Shown here: positions 50,940-60,711 of the stretch, piece after piece
Position numbering within the stretch: the stretch's first letter is position 1
Layout: each line of letters opens with the position of its first letter
Made by a program: the position numbers and the translations under genes
Notes under the pieces: model-generated
What the model was told of the DNA's origin: nothing
Seen by the model: only the letters and a program-made list of their open reading frames with translations
Database searches by the model: none
DNA from: Candidatus Woodwardiibium gallinarum
GTDB taxonomy: Bacteria; Bacillota; Clostridia; Oscillospirales; CAG-382
Reading direction: 5' to 3'
Length of the DNA stretch: 64,000 nucleotides
Assembly: GCA_904419545.1 (NCBI GenBank)
Contig: CAJFRY010000001.1
Coordinates: 80,922 to 144,921, forward strand

Positions 50940-51698
50940 ATGACAGAATGGAGTCCGACACAATATTTGCAGTTTGAAAAGCAGCGTACACAGCCGGCAA
51001 TCGATCTTGCGGCGCGCGTGGCAGACCGTTCGGTGCGCGCCGCCGTGGATGTCGGCTGCGGGCCGGGGAACAGCACCGCTGTTCTTCGCCGTGTTTTCCC
51101 CAAGGCCTCGCTGCTCGGCGTGGACTTATCTCCGGAAATGGTGGAAAAAGCGGCAAATCGATACCCGGATATTCCGTTTCGAGTTTGCGACGCAGCAGCG
51201 TTGACCGGACAATACGATCTGGTGTTTTCCAACGCCTGCCTGCAGTGGATTCCGCACCATGACAGCCTGATCCCAAAACTGATGGAGCGGTTGACGGACG
51301 GCGGCGTTCTGGCCGTGCAGATGCCGATGAATGAAGCGGAGCCGCTTTACCGCATCATCCGAGAAGTGACCGCAGAGGCAAAGTGGGGATTTCAAAATGT
51401 GCGCCTTGAGACGAATGAGACCTGTAAGCCGGAAGTCTATTGTGACATCCTTTCCGACTGTGCGTCTTCGTTTGATATGTGGGAAATCAAGTATTATCAC
51501 AGCCTGCCGGATCATCGTGCGCTGATCGAATGGGTTCGGGGTACGCGTCTGCGTCCGTATCTTGCCTGTCTGGATGAGAACGGTCGTGCGGCGCTGGAGG
51601 CAGAGCTTCTATCGCGTGCAGCTAAAGCCTATCCGTTGACGCGCAGCGGGGAAGTATTGCTGGGCTTTCGCCGCTTTTTCTTTATGGCGGTTCGATGA
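50940..51698 (+). CDS. tam: trans-aconitate 2-methyltransferase-like protein
   Basis: WSPTQYLQFEKQRTQPAIDL, DVGCGPGNST, SNACLQW, GTRLRPYL, FRRFF. Confidence 0.88.
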   Translation: MTEWSPTQYLQFEKQRTQPAIDLAARVADRSVRAAVDVGCGPGNSTAVLRRVFPKASLLGVDLSPEMVEKAANRYPDIPFRVCDAAALTGQYDLVFSNACLQWIPHHDSLIPKLMERLTDGGVLAVQMPMNEAEPLYRIIREVTAEAKWGFQNVRLETNETCKPEVYCDILSDCASSFDMWEIKYYHSLPDHRALIEWVRGTRLRPYLACLDENGRAALEAELLSRAAKAYPLTRSGEVLLGFRRFFFMAVR

Positions 51699-51794
51699 AA
51701 ATCCGGTAAAAGGCAAGGGACTTATGTTCGCGCTTTACATTCACTCTGACGCATGGCTTCGCTCGAAAGGCGAGCGCTATATGAGAAGGATGTG

Positions 51795-52196
51795 ATGTTT
51801 ATGCTGTTTCATACGTTTCGGGCTCAGGAAGAGAGAAGACGATTCGGCGGTACTGATTTCATGGAAATGCAATACTGTAAACTGCCGTTGGATTTGTTGC
51901 AAAAAAAGCGCGTATCCGTTCAAAAAATTGAACATTGGAAGAATGATTCCTTGTATATTTCCGGCGATGATGTGGATGCATTTTTTGTATATTACGGGCA
52001 GATTATAACAAATGGGCTTTTTGGAAACGGCAAAATCGGTCCGATAGACCCATTCGGCATAAATTTTTATGCACGAGAGCAGGTCGACCCTATGATGAAG
52101 CGCATAAAAGACGAGCGCACGCCGGATTATAACATTCTTTTGGGCTGGTTCGAAGCCGGAGAAGCATACGGCGGTTTTTATCTTTTGGGCATATAA
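51795..52196 (+). CDS. hypothetical protein (AT-rich, accessory)
   Basis: Open frame with GAAGGA RBS; no recognised motif. Confidence 0.65.
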   Translation: MFMLFHTFRAQEERRRFGGTDFMEMQYCKLPLDLLQKKRVSVQKIEHWKNDSLYISGDDVDAFFVYYGQIITNGLFGNGKIGPIDPFGINFYAREQVDPMMKRIKDERTPDYNILLGWFEAGEAYGGFYLLGI

Positions 52197-52522
52197 TGAC
52201 CTTTTCGTATGTAAAATAAAATGGAAAATGATTTTTCGGGAAAACATACTTCCATACGCTTTTGTTCGTCTGCTGGCCTGTATTTGTGTGAGAAGACGAA
52301 GATTTGGCTCTAATATGCAGGGAAAATGGTATGAAGCCATTTTTGCCGCTGCGCTGCAAGCCGCGGTTTGCTGATGCGAAAAATCCACAACAAATATGGG
52401 AGCGACAAAAGGCCATTCGTATTATTTTCCGGTTCGGAAAGGCGTTCAGCTACTTGCGCATTTATCGGTCGGATGAGACGATCGCTCTGATACATTGTTT
52501 CTGCCGCAGTTAAAAGAGACCA

Positions 52523-52557
52523 AAAACCTCCGCATGATTTTGTTCATGCGGAGGTTC
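52523..52557. terminator. terminator between convergent units
   Basis: AACCTCCGCATGA / TCATGCGGAGGTT with A-tract on the left. Confidence 0.75.
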
Positions 52558-52600
52558 TGTTGTTTGCGGATAACCGGCTGCCCCGGCTTCCTTTATGATT

Positions 52601-52888
52601 TTACTTGTTGCGCAGCTCGCGGTCGAGCCAGATCGTACCGATTTCAAACGCATCGTAAAAGCTCTTTTTTTCACATTGCTTGATGACTTTTTCGTTGAAA
52701 CCGAGGTCATCGTCCGTGCGCTGAATCTGTACGAGCACCTTGGAGGCGACATTCAGATCGCCCTCCTTCCTCGTTTCGAGGATGTTCATAAACAGGATGG
52801 CTTTATCCTCCGGGTCGCCGTAAAACAGGTATTGACCCTGACGGACGAGCGGCTTTCCTTTATACAGAAGCGGTTTGATATCGCTCAA
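52601..52888 (-). CDS. hypothetical protein
   Basis: 95 aa, TTG start after AAGGAAGG; LLYKGKPLVRQG..YGDPEDK. Confidence 0.75.
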   Translation of the reverse strand: MSDIKPLLYKGKPLVRQGQYLFYGDPEDKAILFMNILETRKEGDLNVASKVLVQIQRTDDDLGFNEKVIKQCEKKSFYDAFEIGTIWLDRELRNK

Positions 52889-52902
52889 TATTACCCTTCC
52901 TT

Positions 52903-53163
52903 TCAGAGCTTGATATAATTTTTAACCAATGAGCGCAGCAATTCGTCGCGGTCGATCCTGCGGATGAGCGCCCGCGCATTGTTATAGTTGGTGATGTAGG
53001 TTGGGTCTTCCGACAGGATGTAGCCGACGATCTGATTGATCGGGTTGTAGCCCTTCTCTTTGAGCGAGTCATACACACTTTGGAGAATGTTGTGCATCTC
53101 CTTCTCCGACTCGTCCTTGAGGCTGAACATGATCGTTTTGGAAGCGTTGTCTTTCATTTTCAT
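52903..53163 (-). CDS. ireB: IreB/ReoM family regulatory phosphoprotein (DUF965)
   Basis: LKEKGYNPINQIVGYILSEDPTYIT..ARALIRRIDRDELL; own promoter TTGCTA-17-TATCAT at 53208-53180. Confidence 0.92.
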   Translation of the reverse strand: MKMKDNASKTIMFSLKDESEKEMHNILQSVYDSLKEKGYNPINQIVGYILSEDPTYITNYNNARALIRRIDRDELLRSLVKNYIKL

Positions 53164-53238
53164 CTCTCCCATCTGCCATATGATACCACAAAACCAACAA
53201 AATAGCAATAGCTGCACTGAAACTTTTTTGCTCGATGC

Positions 53239-55638
53239 TCAGGCACGCAGTGTAATACCCTTCTCGCTTTCCAGACGGCGGAGAATCTTAGTCACCGCGG
53301 CGTCGACCTCGCTGTCGTTCATCGTTTTATCGGGCAGGCGGAAGCTGAGCCGGAAGGCCACGCTTTTCTTACCGTCAGCCACGCCCTTTCCGGTGTAGAC
53401 GTCGAACACCGTCACGCCGCAGAGCGATTTGCCCGCATAGCTGCGAATAGCGTCCTCCACCACTCCTGCCTCCGTTGCAACGTCCATTACCAGTGCAAGG
53501 TCACGCTCGACAGCAGGGTAGACGGGCAGCGGTCTGTATTCCCATTCGGTCTGCGCAGCGGCAAACAACGCTTTGGTCGAAAGGACGGCGGCGTATACGT
53601 CACCCGGCAATTCAAAATTGTCGCACACGGCGGGATGGAGCTGCCCGAAACGGCCGAGCAGCGCTTTGCCGGCATAAACGGCAGCGCATCTGCCGGGATG
53701 GAAGTAGGGTACCGACGCCTCCGCTTCGAAACGCAACGCGTCTATGTGCAGCGTATCTGCAAGCGCAGCGATATATCCCTTTAAGTCGTAAAAATCGCCG
53801 CTGCCGTAAAAGCCGCAGACAAGCTGCTTTTCCTCGTTAGAGAAAAGGTCGGAAGGCGTCGACGCATCGGGCTTGGCGTAAATCGTCGCGTTTTCAAACA
53901 ATGCGCAGGAGGGGATGCGGTGACTGCGGTTATAAGCCAGCGCACCCAGCAGCGAGCCGACAGCCGTCGTGCGCATGACTGATGTATCATCTCCCAGCGG
54001 GTTCAGCAGACGGATGCCGTCGCGCAGCGGGTCGTCGGACGCAAGCGCGAGCTTATCATAGAGCTTCGGGGAAATGAAGGAGTAGGTATAAGTCTCATAA
54101 AAGCCAAGCCCGGTCATCACAGCGTTCAGACGCGTGCAGAATTTTTGGTAGGCGCTTTCGCCGCCCTCCGTCACGCAGCCGGCGAATCGGGTGGCGGGGA
54201 TTTTATCAAACCCGTACAGCCGAACAACCTCCTCGGCGATGTCGGCGGTGTTGACGATGTCGCCGCGGTAGGGCGGTACAATCATACGGCCGTCGCCGTC
54301 AAAGCGGAAAAAGAGCTTTTCAAGGAGTGCACGCATTTCTGTCTCGCTCAAAGCAATGCCGAGCAGTGCATTGATTTTTTGATAATCAAAGTCGACCGTG
54401 CGCTCGCCGATGTCGGTATTGCAGACGTCGATCGTGCCGTCGATTACCGTACCGGCGCCGAGAAGCTCGACCAGCTCGCAGGCGCGGTCGAGTGCCGGCA
54501 TCGTCGTACAGGGCGGTATACCCTTTTCGTATCGGCGTGAGGCGTCTGTGCGCAGACCGACCGCACGCGAGGTGCGGCGGATCGACGAACGGCTGAAATT
54601 GGCGCTTTCAAAAATAACGGTTACGGTCTTGTCGGTGATCTCCGAGTTTTCACCGCCCATGATGCCCGCCAGTGCGACCGGCTTTTCGCCGTCTGCAATG
54701 CAGAGCATATCGGTTGTCAACTCGCGGACGTTTCCGTCAAGTGTGGTAATCTTTTCGCCGGCAGCCGCCTTACGGATGACAATGGAGCCGGAGGAAATGT
54801 ATGAAGCGTCGAACGCGTGCATTGGCTGGCCGTATTCCAGCATCACATAGTTCGTAATATCAACGATGTTGTTGATCGGGCGGATGCCACAGGCGCGCAG
54901 CCGTGCACGCATCCACAGCGGAGACGGCGCGATCCGCACGTTTTTCACCGCGCGCGCGGTGTAGCGCGGGCAGAGCTCCGGCTCCCTGACGGTCACGGAG
55001 AGACGGCGCTCAATGCTATCACCGTCGCCGGCGGTATGTACCTTCGGTTCGTCATACACCAGCGGCAGCCCGGTGGACGCCGCCGTTTCGCGCGCGATCC
55101 CGAGCAGAGCCAGACAGTCGGGTCGGTTGAAGGTCAGCTCGAAATCTACGACCGTGTCGCGGAGGCTGAGCACGTCGCGGATGTCGTCACCGGGCTTGCA
55201 GGGCTCCTGCATGATGAAAATGCCGTCTTCGATTGCATAAGGGAAATCGTGTACCGTAAGTCCAAGCTCGGACAGCGAGCAGAGCATCCCCTCCGAGATC
55301 ACGCCGCGCAGCTTGCCGGACTTGATGACCTTGCCGCCGGGCAGCTTGGCACCGTTGAGGCAGACGGGGACGAAGTCGCCCGCGTGCACGTTCTGCGCGC
55401 CGGTGACGATTTGCAGCGGCTTTTCGCCGCCGACGTCCACCATACAGATCACGAGGTGGTCGGAATCGGGGTGGGGGGTAACGCTGTCTATTTTTCCGGC
55501 GACGACGTTTTCGATGTCCTCGCCGAGTTTTTCTATCGTTTCGACCTTGGTGCCGGTGCTCGTCATCAGCTCGGCGTAATCGCGGTCGGGCATATCAAAT
55601 TTTACATAGTCTTTCAGCCAGTTGAGTGAAACTTTCAT
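53239..55638 (-). CDS. pheT: phenylalanine-tRNA ligase beta subunit
   Basis: MKVSLNWL, HPDSDHL, NRPDCL, NNIVDITNYV, ERDLA, KKSVAF. Confidence 0.98.
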   Translation of the reverse strand: MKVSLNWLKDYVKFDMPDRDYAELMTSTGTKVETIEKLGEDIENVVAGKIDSVTPHPDSDHLVICMVDVGGEKPLQIVTGAQNVHAGDFVPVCLNGAKLPGGKVIKSGKLRGVISEGMLCSLSELGLTVHDFPYAIEDGIFIMQEPCKPGDDIRDVLSLRDTVVDFELTFNRPDCLALLGIARETAASTGLPLVYDEPKVHTAGDGDSIERRLSVTVREPELCPRYTARAVKNVRIAPSPLWMRARLRACGIRPINNIVDITNYVMLEYGQPMHAFDASYISSGSIVIRKAAAGEKITTLDGNVRELTTDMLCIADGEKPVALAGIMGGENSEITDKTVTVIFESANFSRSSIRRTSRAVGLRTDASRRYEKGIPPCTTMPALDRACELVELLGAGTVIDGTIDVCNTDIGERTVDFDYQKINALLGIALSETEMRALLEKLFFRFDGDGRMIVPPYRGDIVNTADIAEEVVRLYGFDKIPATRFAGCVTEGGESAYQKFCTRLNAVMTGLGFYETYTYSFISPKLYDKLALASDDPLRDGIRLLNPLGDDTSVMRTTAVGSLLGALAYNRSHRIPSCALFENATIYAKPDASTPSDLFSNEEKQLVCGFYGSGDFYDLKGYIAALADTLHIDALRFEAEASVPYFHPGRCAAVYAGKALLGRFGQLHPAVCDNFELPGDVYAAVLSTKALFAAAQTEWEYRPLPVYPAVERDLALVMDVATEAGVVEDAIRSYAGKSLCGVTVFDVYTGKGVADGKKSVAFRLSFRLPDKTMNDSEVDAAVTKILRRLESEKGITLRA

Positions 55639-55671
55639 AATCCTGTAAGCGCTGCCTTTCTTCCATAAATA

Positions 55672-56691
55672 TCAAAACTGCGAAAGAAAACGGACGTCGT
55701 TTTCAAAAAACAGCCGCATATCGTTGATGTTGTAGCGCCGCATCGCCACGCGCTCGATGCCCATTCCGAACGCAAAGCCGGAATAGACCTCCGGGTCGAT
55801 GCCGCAGCTTGCCAGCACGTTGGGATGAACCATGCCCGCGCCGAGGATCTCGATCCAACCTTCGCCCTTGCACAGCCGGCAGCCCTTGCCGCCGCAGACG
55901 AAGCAGGAGACATCTACCTCCGCGCTCGGCTCGGTGAACGGGAAGTTGTGCGGGCGGAAGCGTGTGCGCGTCTCTTCGCCGAACAGGCTGCGCGCAAACA
56001 GGTCGAGCGTGCCCTTCAGGTCGGCCATTGTAATGCCCTTGTCGACGACCAGTCCCTCGACCTGATGGAACATCGGCGAGTGCGTCGCGTCTACGTCGTC
56101 CGAACGGTAAACGCGGCCGGGCGAAATGACGCGGATGGGCGGCGTTTTGCCCGTCATCGCGCGGATCTGCACAGGCGAGGTCTGCGTGCGCAGCAGCGTG
56201 GTTTCGTCTATGTAAAACGTGTCCTGAAAGTCGCGCGACGGATGGTCGGCGGGTGCGTTGAGCGCATCAAAGTTGTTGTAAGCGCTCTCGATTTCCGGTC
56301 CCTCCACGACCGTAAAGCCCATCCCGATAAAAATCTCGCGGATGCGGTTCTCCACCGTGTGCAGCGGATGCAGACGGCCGCAGGCTTTTTCGCGTCCGGG
56401 CAGGGTCACGTCGAGCTTTTCCGACGCCAGCCGTGCTTCGAGCGCCGCGCGCTTGAGCGTAGCCGCTTTGTCGGCAATGGCTGCTTCCAGCTCGCCGCGA
56501 ACGGCGTTTGCCAGCTCTCCGACCTCCCGGCGGGCTTCCGGTTCCAGCGCGCCCATGCCGCGCAGGATGGCGGTAAGCTGTCCCTTTTTGCCCGAATATT
56601 TTACACGTGCGGCTTCCAGCTCTGCCTCCGACGAAGCGCCGGCGATCTCCGAAAGCGCCTCAGCCGATATTCTCTTGAGTTCTTCTTTCAT
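55672..56691 (-). CDS. pheS: phenylalanine-tRNA ligase alpha subunit
   Basis: HPSRDFQDTFY, LRTQTSPVQ, FHQVEG, FPFTEPS, GFAFGMGIER. Confidence 0.99.
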   Translation of the reverse strand: MKEELKRISAEALSEIAGASSEAELEAARVKYSGKKGQLTAILRGMGALEPEARREVGELANAVRGELEAAIADKAATLKRAALEARLASEKLDVTLPGREKACGRLHPLHTVENRIREIFIGMGFTVVEGPEIESAYNNFDALNAPADHPSRDFQDTFYIDETTLLRTQTSPVQIRAMTGKTPPIRVISPGRVYRSDDVDATHSPMFHQVEGLVVDKGITMADLKGTLDLFARSLFGEETRTRFRPHNFPFTEPSAEVDVSCFVCGGKGCRLCKGEGWIEILGAGMVHPNVLASCGIDPEVYSGFAFGMGIERVAMRRYNINDMRLFFENDVRFLSQF

Positions 56692-56742
56692 AGCCTGATT
56701 ACAGCATTCCTTTCCGAAACATCTTTGGTTGGTATATGCGGC

Positions 56743-57846
56743 TTATTCCAGATAGTCCTTCAGGCGTTTGGAACGGCTGGGATGCCGCAGCTTGCGCAGC
56801 GCCTTCGCTTCGATCTGACGGATGCGTTCGCGTGTGATCTCGAACACTTTGCCGACCTCCTCCAGCGTGCGCGGGCGGCCGTCTTCCAGCCCGAAGCGCA
56901 GCTTCAGGACGCTCTCTTCACGCGGGGTGAGTGTGTGCAGGACCTCCAAAAGCTGCTCGCGCAGCATCATATAGGAAGCCGCATCCTGCGGGGCGGGGGT
57001 GTTGTCGTCGGCAATGAAGTCGCCGAGGTGGCTGTCCTCCTCCTCGCCGATCGGCATTTCGAGCGAGACCGGCTCCTGTGCGATTTTAAGAATTTCGCGT
57101 ACTTTTTCCACCGGCATTCCCATCTCCTGGCTGATTTCCTCGCCGGTCGGTTCACGGCCCAGCTCCTGCAATAGCTGGCGGGACACGCGCAGCACCTTGT
57201 TGATTGTTTCCACCATATGCACGGGGATGCGGATGGTGCGCGCCTGGTCGGCGATGGCTCGGGTAATGGCCTGACGGATCCACCATGTCGCATAGGTGGA
57301 AAATTTATAGCCCTTGCCGTAGTCGAATTTCTCCACTGCCTTCATCAGGCCGAGATTGCCCTCCTGGATCAGATCGAGGAAGAACATCCCGCGGTTGACG
57401 TACCGTTTTGCAATGCTGACGACCAGACGAAGATTGGCTTCGACCAGCTGCTTTTTCGCCTCCTCGTCGCCGAGAGACATCTTATAGGCCAATTCCAGTT
57501 CCTTGTCGGCGGAAAGCAGGGGTACCTTGCCGATGTCCTTGAGATACATACGCACTGGGTCGTCAATTGTTACACCCTCCTGCAGCAGCATCTCCTCTAC
57601 TTCCTCGGGAGATTCATCGATGTCATCAGGCAGCAGGTCCTCGTCCGGGATATCGAAGGTGGCCGTCTCCAGATCGTTGGTGACCTCGATGTTGTTTTCC
57701 TCCAGCGTCTCATAGATTTTTTCGATCTGCTGGATCGAACAGTCAGCCGAGTCGATGACCTCCATGATCTCCGAAGCGGCGATGCCGTTCTTTGCTTTCC
57801 CACGCTCGATAAGGCTGTCGAGAATTTTTTTAAAGTCCTGTTCCAC
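56743..57846 (-). CDS. rpoD: primary sigma factor SigA/RpoD
   Basis: [57 protein letters not shown]. Confidence 0.99.
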   Translation of the reverse strand: MEQDFKKILDSLIERGKAKNGIAASEIMEVIDSADCSIQQIEKIYETLEENNIEVTNDLETATFDIPDEDLLPDDIDESPEEVEEMLLQEGVTIDDPVRMYLKDIGKVPLLSADKELELAYKMSLGDEEAKKQLVEANLRLVVSIAKRYVNRGMFFLDLIQEGNLGLMKAVEKFDYGKGYKFSTYATWWIRQAITRAIADQARTIRIPVHMVETINKVLRVSRQLLQELGREPTGEEISQEMGMPVEKVREILKIAQEPVSLEMPIGEEEDSHLGDFIADDNTPAPQDAASYMMLREQLLEVLHTLTPREESVLKLRFGLEDGRPRTLEEVGKVFEITRERIRQIEAKALRKLRHPSRSKRLKDYLE

Positions 57847-57891
57847 TGTGTTTTACCGTTCCTTTCCTGTTTGCAAAGGGGATATATGTTT

Positions 57892-59688
57892 TTATGCTTC
57901 GCCGCCGTCTCCGGGGCGCGTTTTTTTCTGCCGTTTGAGCCGGATGTATTCCTCGAGTGCGTCTTGCGGGTTTTCTTCCATTCTTTCGTTGAACGCAATT
58001 CTTTGGCGCTCGGTTTTCAGCGCGCCGACCAGTGAACCCACATCGTCCGGCATCACGGAAAGCAGTCGGTCATGCTTTGCCATCAGCCGCGCCAGCGCCG
58101 AAATCTCTTCGGGGGTTAAGGCGCCGTCCTTGGACAGGACGACTTCCGTGCCGTCGGAAAATTCCTCCGCAAAGGTGGTGAACACCTTCCGGCCGAATGC
58201 GGTGAGAAAGTCGTCCTCCGACAGCGACTTGCAGGCTTCGGCCGCAAGTGCGGGGTTGGATAGCATACAGGCCAGAAGCCGCTCTTCAAGCAGGGCGCCG
58301 GTAGCATAGGTGAGCCGGTCACGATTGATTCGGTCGCCGTAGCCGAGGGTCGCGTTCACCGTCTGGCGCCGGCGCTCGGCCTTTTGCTTTTCCTCCGCCT
58401 TTTTCGCCTTTTTCGCTGCGTCCTCCGAGAGCGCGGCTGCGGATATGCCGGTTTTTTCCGCCATCCGCGCAATGTAAACTTCGCGCTCACTTTTGGAATA
58501 AATGTCCGCAGCCAGCGTGGTCAGCTCGTCGATCGCGCGCAGCTTTTCGTCGGGGATGGAGAGCGAATAGCGGTTCAGGATCTCGTCGATACGGAAATCC
58601 ACCTGTCCGGCGGACGCATCCAGCCGGCGGCGGAAGGCGTCGGCGCCGAACTTCTTGATATACTCGTCGGGATCTTTCACCTCGGTCCCGAGGTCGATAA
58701 CCTTGGCCGACACGCCGACCTGCGTAAACAGATTGATGGCTTTCATCGTCGCGTTCCGTCCTGCTTTGTCAATGTCGTAGGCAAGATAAACCGTTTTGAC
58801 AAACCGTGACATCGTACGCACCTGATCGGCGGTGATTGCCGTACCCTGCGTGGCGACGGCGTTGTCGAAGCCCGCCTGCTGGAGCGCAATGGCGTCAATC
58901 GGGCCTTCGCAGACGATCAGACTGCCCGCCTCCGAACGTTTGGCGAAATTCATCCCGAAGATGACTTTGCTTTTTTTGAATGCGGGCGTATCGGAGGTAT
59001 TGACGTATTTCCGCTCGTCCTTTTCGTTCAGCCGCCTGCCTGCAAAAGCAACGACCTCGCCGTTGAGATCGAAAATCGGAAAAATCACACGATTGCGGAA
59101 CACATCGTAGGGGTGCCCCTTTTGGGAAATCCCGCACAAAAACGCGGCCTTCAGTTCTTCGTCCGTGTAGCCCTTGGCCGTCAGCCGGCTGTGCAAAAAA
59201 TCCCAACTGTCGGGAGCGTAGCCGATGCCAAAGCGCCGAATCGTCTGTTCGGTGAGCCGCCGCTGTTCCGTCAGATACGCACGCGCCTGTGCGCCGGACG
59301 GGCTTTGAAGCGCGGCGTAAAACAGGCGGGCCGCCTCACGGTTACAGTCAAGCACGCGTTCGCGCTTGACCGTTGGCCTGCCGCTGTCGTCATGCCGTTC
59401 CTCCAACGGAACGCCGGTGCTGCGCGCGAGGAATTCCACGGCGCCGGGGTAGTCCAGCCCCTCCGCGCGCATAATGAAGCTGAACACGTCGCCGCCCGCT
59501 CCGCAGCCAAAGCAGTAAAAGCTGTTTGTCTGCGGAAAAACGGTGAACGACGGCGTTTTTTCGTTGTGGAACGGACACAGGCCGACGACGTTGCTGCCCG
59601 CTCGCTTAAGGCGGACGTATTTGCCGACGACATCTTCAATTTCACTGCGGCGTTTGACTTCTTCTATAAATTCCCGCGAAAAAGGCAA
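57892..59688 (-). CDS. dnaG: DNA primase
   Basis: CPFHNEKTPSF..CFGC zinc finger, KYVNT, EGPID, YDID, KDPDE. Confidence 0.98.
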   Translation of the reverse strand: MPFSREFIEEVKRRSEIEDVVGKYVRLKRAGSNVVGLCPFHNEKTPSFTVFPQTNSFYCFGCGAGGDVFSFIMRAEGLDYPGAVEFLARSTGVPLEERHDDSGRPTVKRERVLDCNREAARLFYAALQSPSGAQARAYLTEQRRLTEQTIRRFGIGYAPDSWDFLHSRLTAKGYTDEELKAAFLCGISQKGHPYDVFRNRVIFPIFDLNGEVVAFAGRRLNEKDERKYVNTSDTPAFKKSKVIFGMNFAKRSEAGSLIVCEGPIDAIALQQAGFDNAVATQGTAITADQVRTMSRFVKTVYLAYDIDKAGRNATMKAINLFTQVGVSAKVIDLGTEVKDPDEYIKKFGADAFRRRLDASAGQVDFRIDEILNRYSLSIPDEKLRAIDELTTLAADIYSKSEREVYIARMAEKTGISAAALSEDAAKKAKKAEEKQKAERRRQTVNATLGYGDRINRDRLTYATGALLEERLLACMLSNPALAAEACKSLSEDDFLTAFGRKVFTTFAEEFSDGTEVVLSKDGALTPEEISALARLMAKHDRLLSVMPDDVGSLVGALKTERQRIAFNERMEENPQDALEEYIRLKRQKKTRPGDGGEA

Positions 59689-59727
59689 ATACTGCTCACC
59701 TCCCCTCGATCGAGCCTGCTTTGCGCG

Positions 59728-60711
59728 TTATTTGTGCTGCCAGGTTTTCGGCACGAACAGCTCCTCGAACAGCGCCAGCGCATAGCGGTCGGTCATGCAG
59801 GCAATGTAGTCGCAGATCGAGCGTTCGACGCCGTCTTCTTCAATGTTCGCCTGGTATTCGGGCGGAAGCTTGTCCGGCTGCTTTCGAAAATATTCGTAGA
59901 TGTGTTCGATCATATCCGCAACCTTTGAGTCCTCGCTCTTGGCTGCGGAATTGAAATATACGTTTTCAAACATAAAGCTGCGCAGCTTCATCGTCGCCTC
60001 CCAATGCGGTTCGGTCATTCCGATGTCGCCGTCGGTGCCGTAGGCAATAACGGCATTGACCATTGTCGAAATGCGCTTGGAATGCGTGTCCCCGAGAATC
60101 TCCGTCAGGTCGCGCGGCAGATCGCCGGCTTTCAGGATACCGGCGCGTATGGCGTCGTCGATGTCGTGGTTAATGTACGCGATGCGGTCGGCGTATTTGA
60201 TAAGCTGCCCCTCCAGCGTCGACGCGCGGTTTGCACCGGAATGGTTGAGCATCCCGTCGCGCACCTCGACGGTGAGGTTGAGATTTTCCAGCTTATCGGC
60301 CACGCGCAGGCTTTGCTCGTAATGGCGGAATCCGTTCGGGCAGAGGCGGTCCAGCGCGCGTTCGCCCGAGTGGCCGAACGGCGTGTGGCCCAGATCGTGT
60401 CCGAGCGCGGCGGCTTCGGTCAGATCTTCGTTGAGCCGCAGCGCACGCGCCAGTGTCCGCGCAATCTGCGTGACCTCCAGCGTATGGGTCAGACGCGTGC
60501 GGTAATGGTCGCCCTCCGGCGCGAGGAAAACCTGCATCTTATGCATCAGCCGCCGGAAGGACTTGGAATGGATGATCCGGTCGCGGTCGCGCATAAAATC
60601 GGTACGAACGGGGCAGGGGCGCAGCGGCTTGAGCCGTCCCGCCGAATTTTCGGATAGGAAGGCTCGTTCACACAGCGTGTTTCGTTCGTTGGCGTAAACC
60701 GTTTCCTTCAT
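59728..60711 (-). CDS. dgt: dGTP triphosphohydrolase (HD family)
   Basis: RDRDRIIHSKSFRRL, RTRLTHTLEV, GHDLGHTPFGH, ADRIAY, MTDRYA. Confidence 0.95.
   Translation of the reverse strand: MKETVYANERNTLCERAFLSENSAGRLKPLRPCPVRTDFMRDRDRIIHSKSFRRLMHKMQVFLAPEGDHYRTRLTHTLEVTQIARTLARALRLNEDLTEAAALGHDLGHTPFGHSGERALDRLCPNGFRHYEQSLRVADKLENLNLTVEVRDGMLNHSGANRASTLEGQLIKYADRIAYINHDIDDAIRAGILKAGDLPRDLTEILGDTHSKRISTMVNAVIAYGTDGDIGMTEPHWEATMKLRSFMFENVYFNSAAKSEDSKVADMIEHIYEYFRKQPDKLPPEYQANIEEDGVERSICDYIACMTDRYALALFEELFVPKTWQHK

Noticed and set aside
52200-52515. Possible gene remnant (NMGATKGHSYYFPVRK)
   Set aside because: Too short and interrupted to assign without a search.
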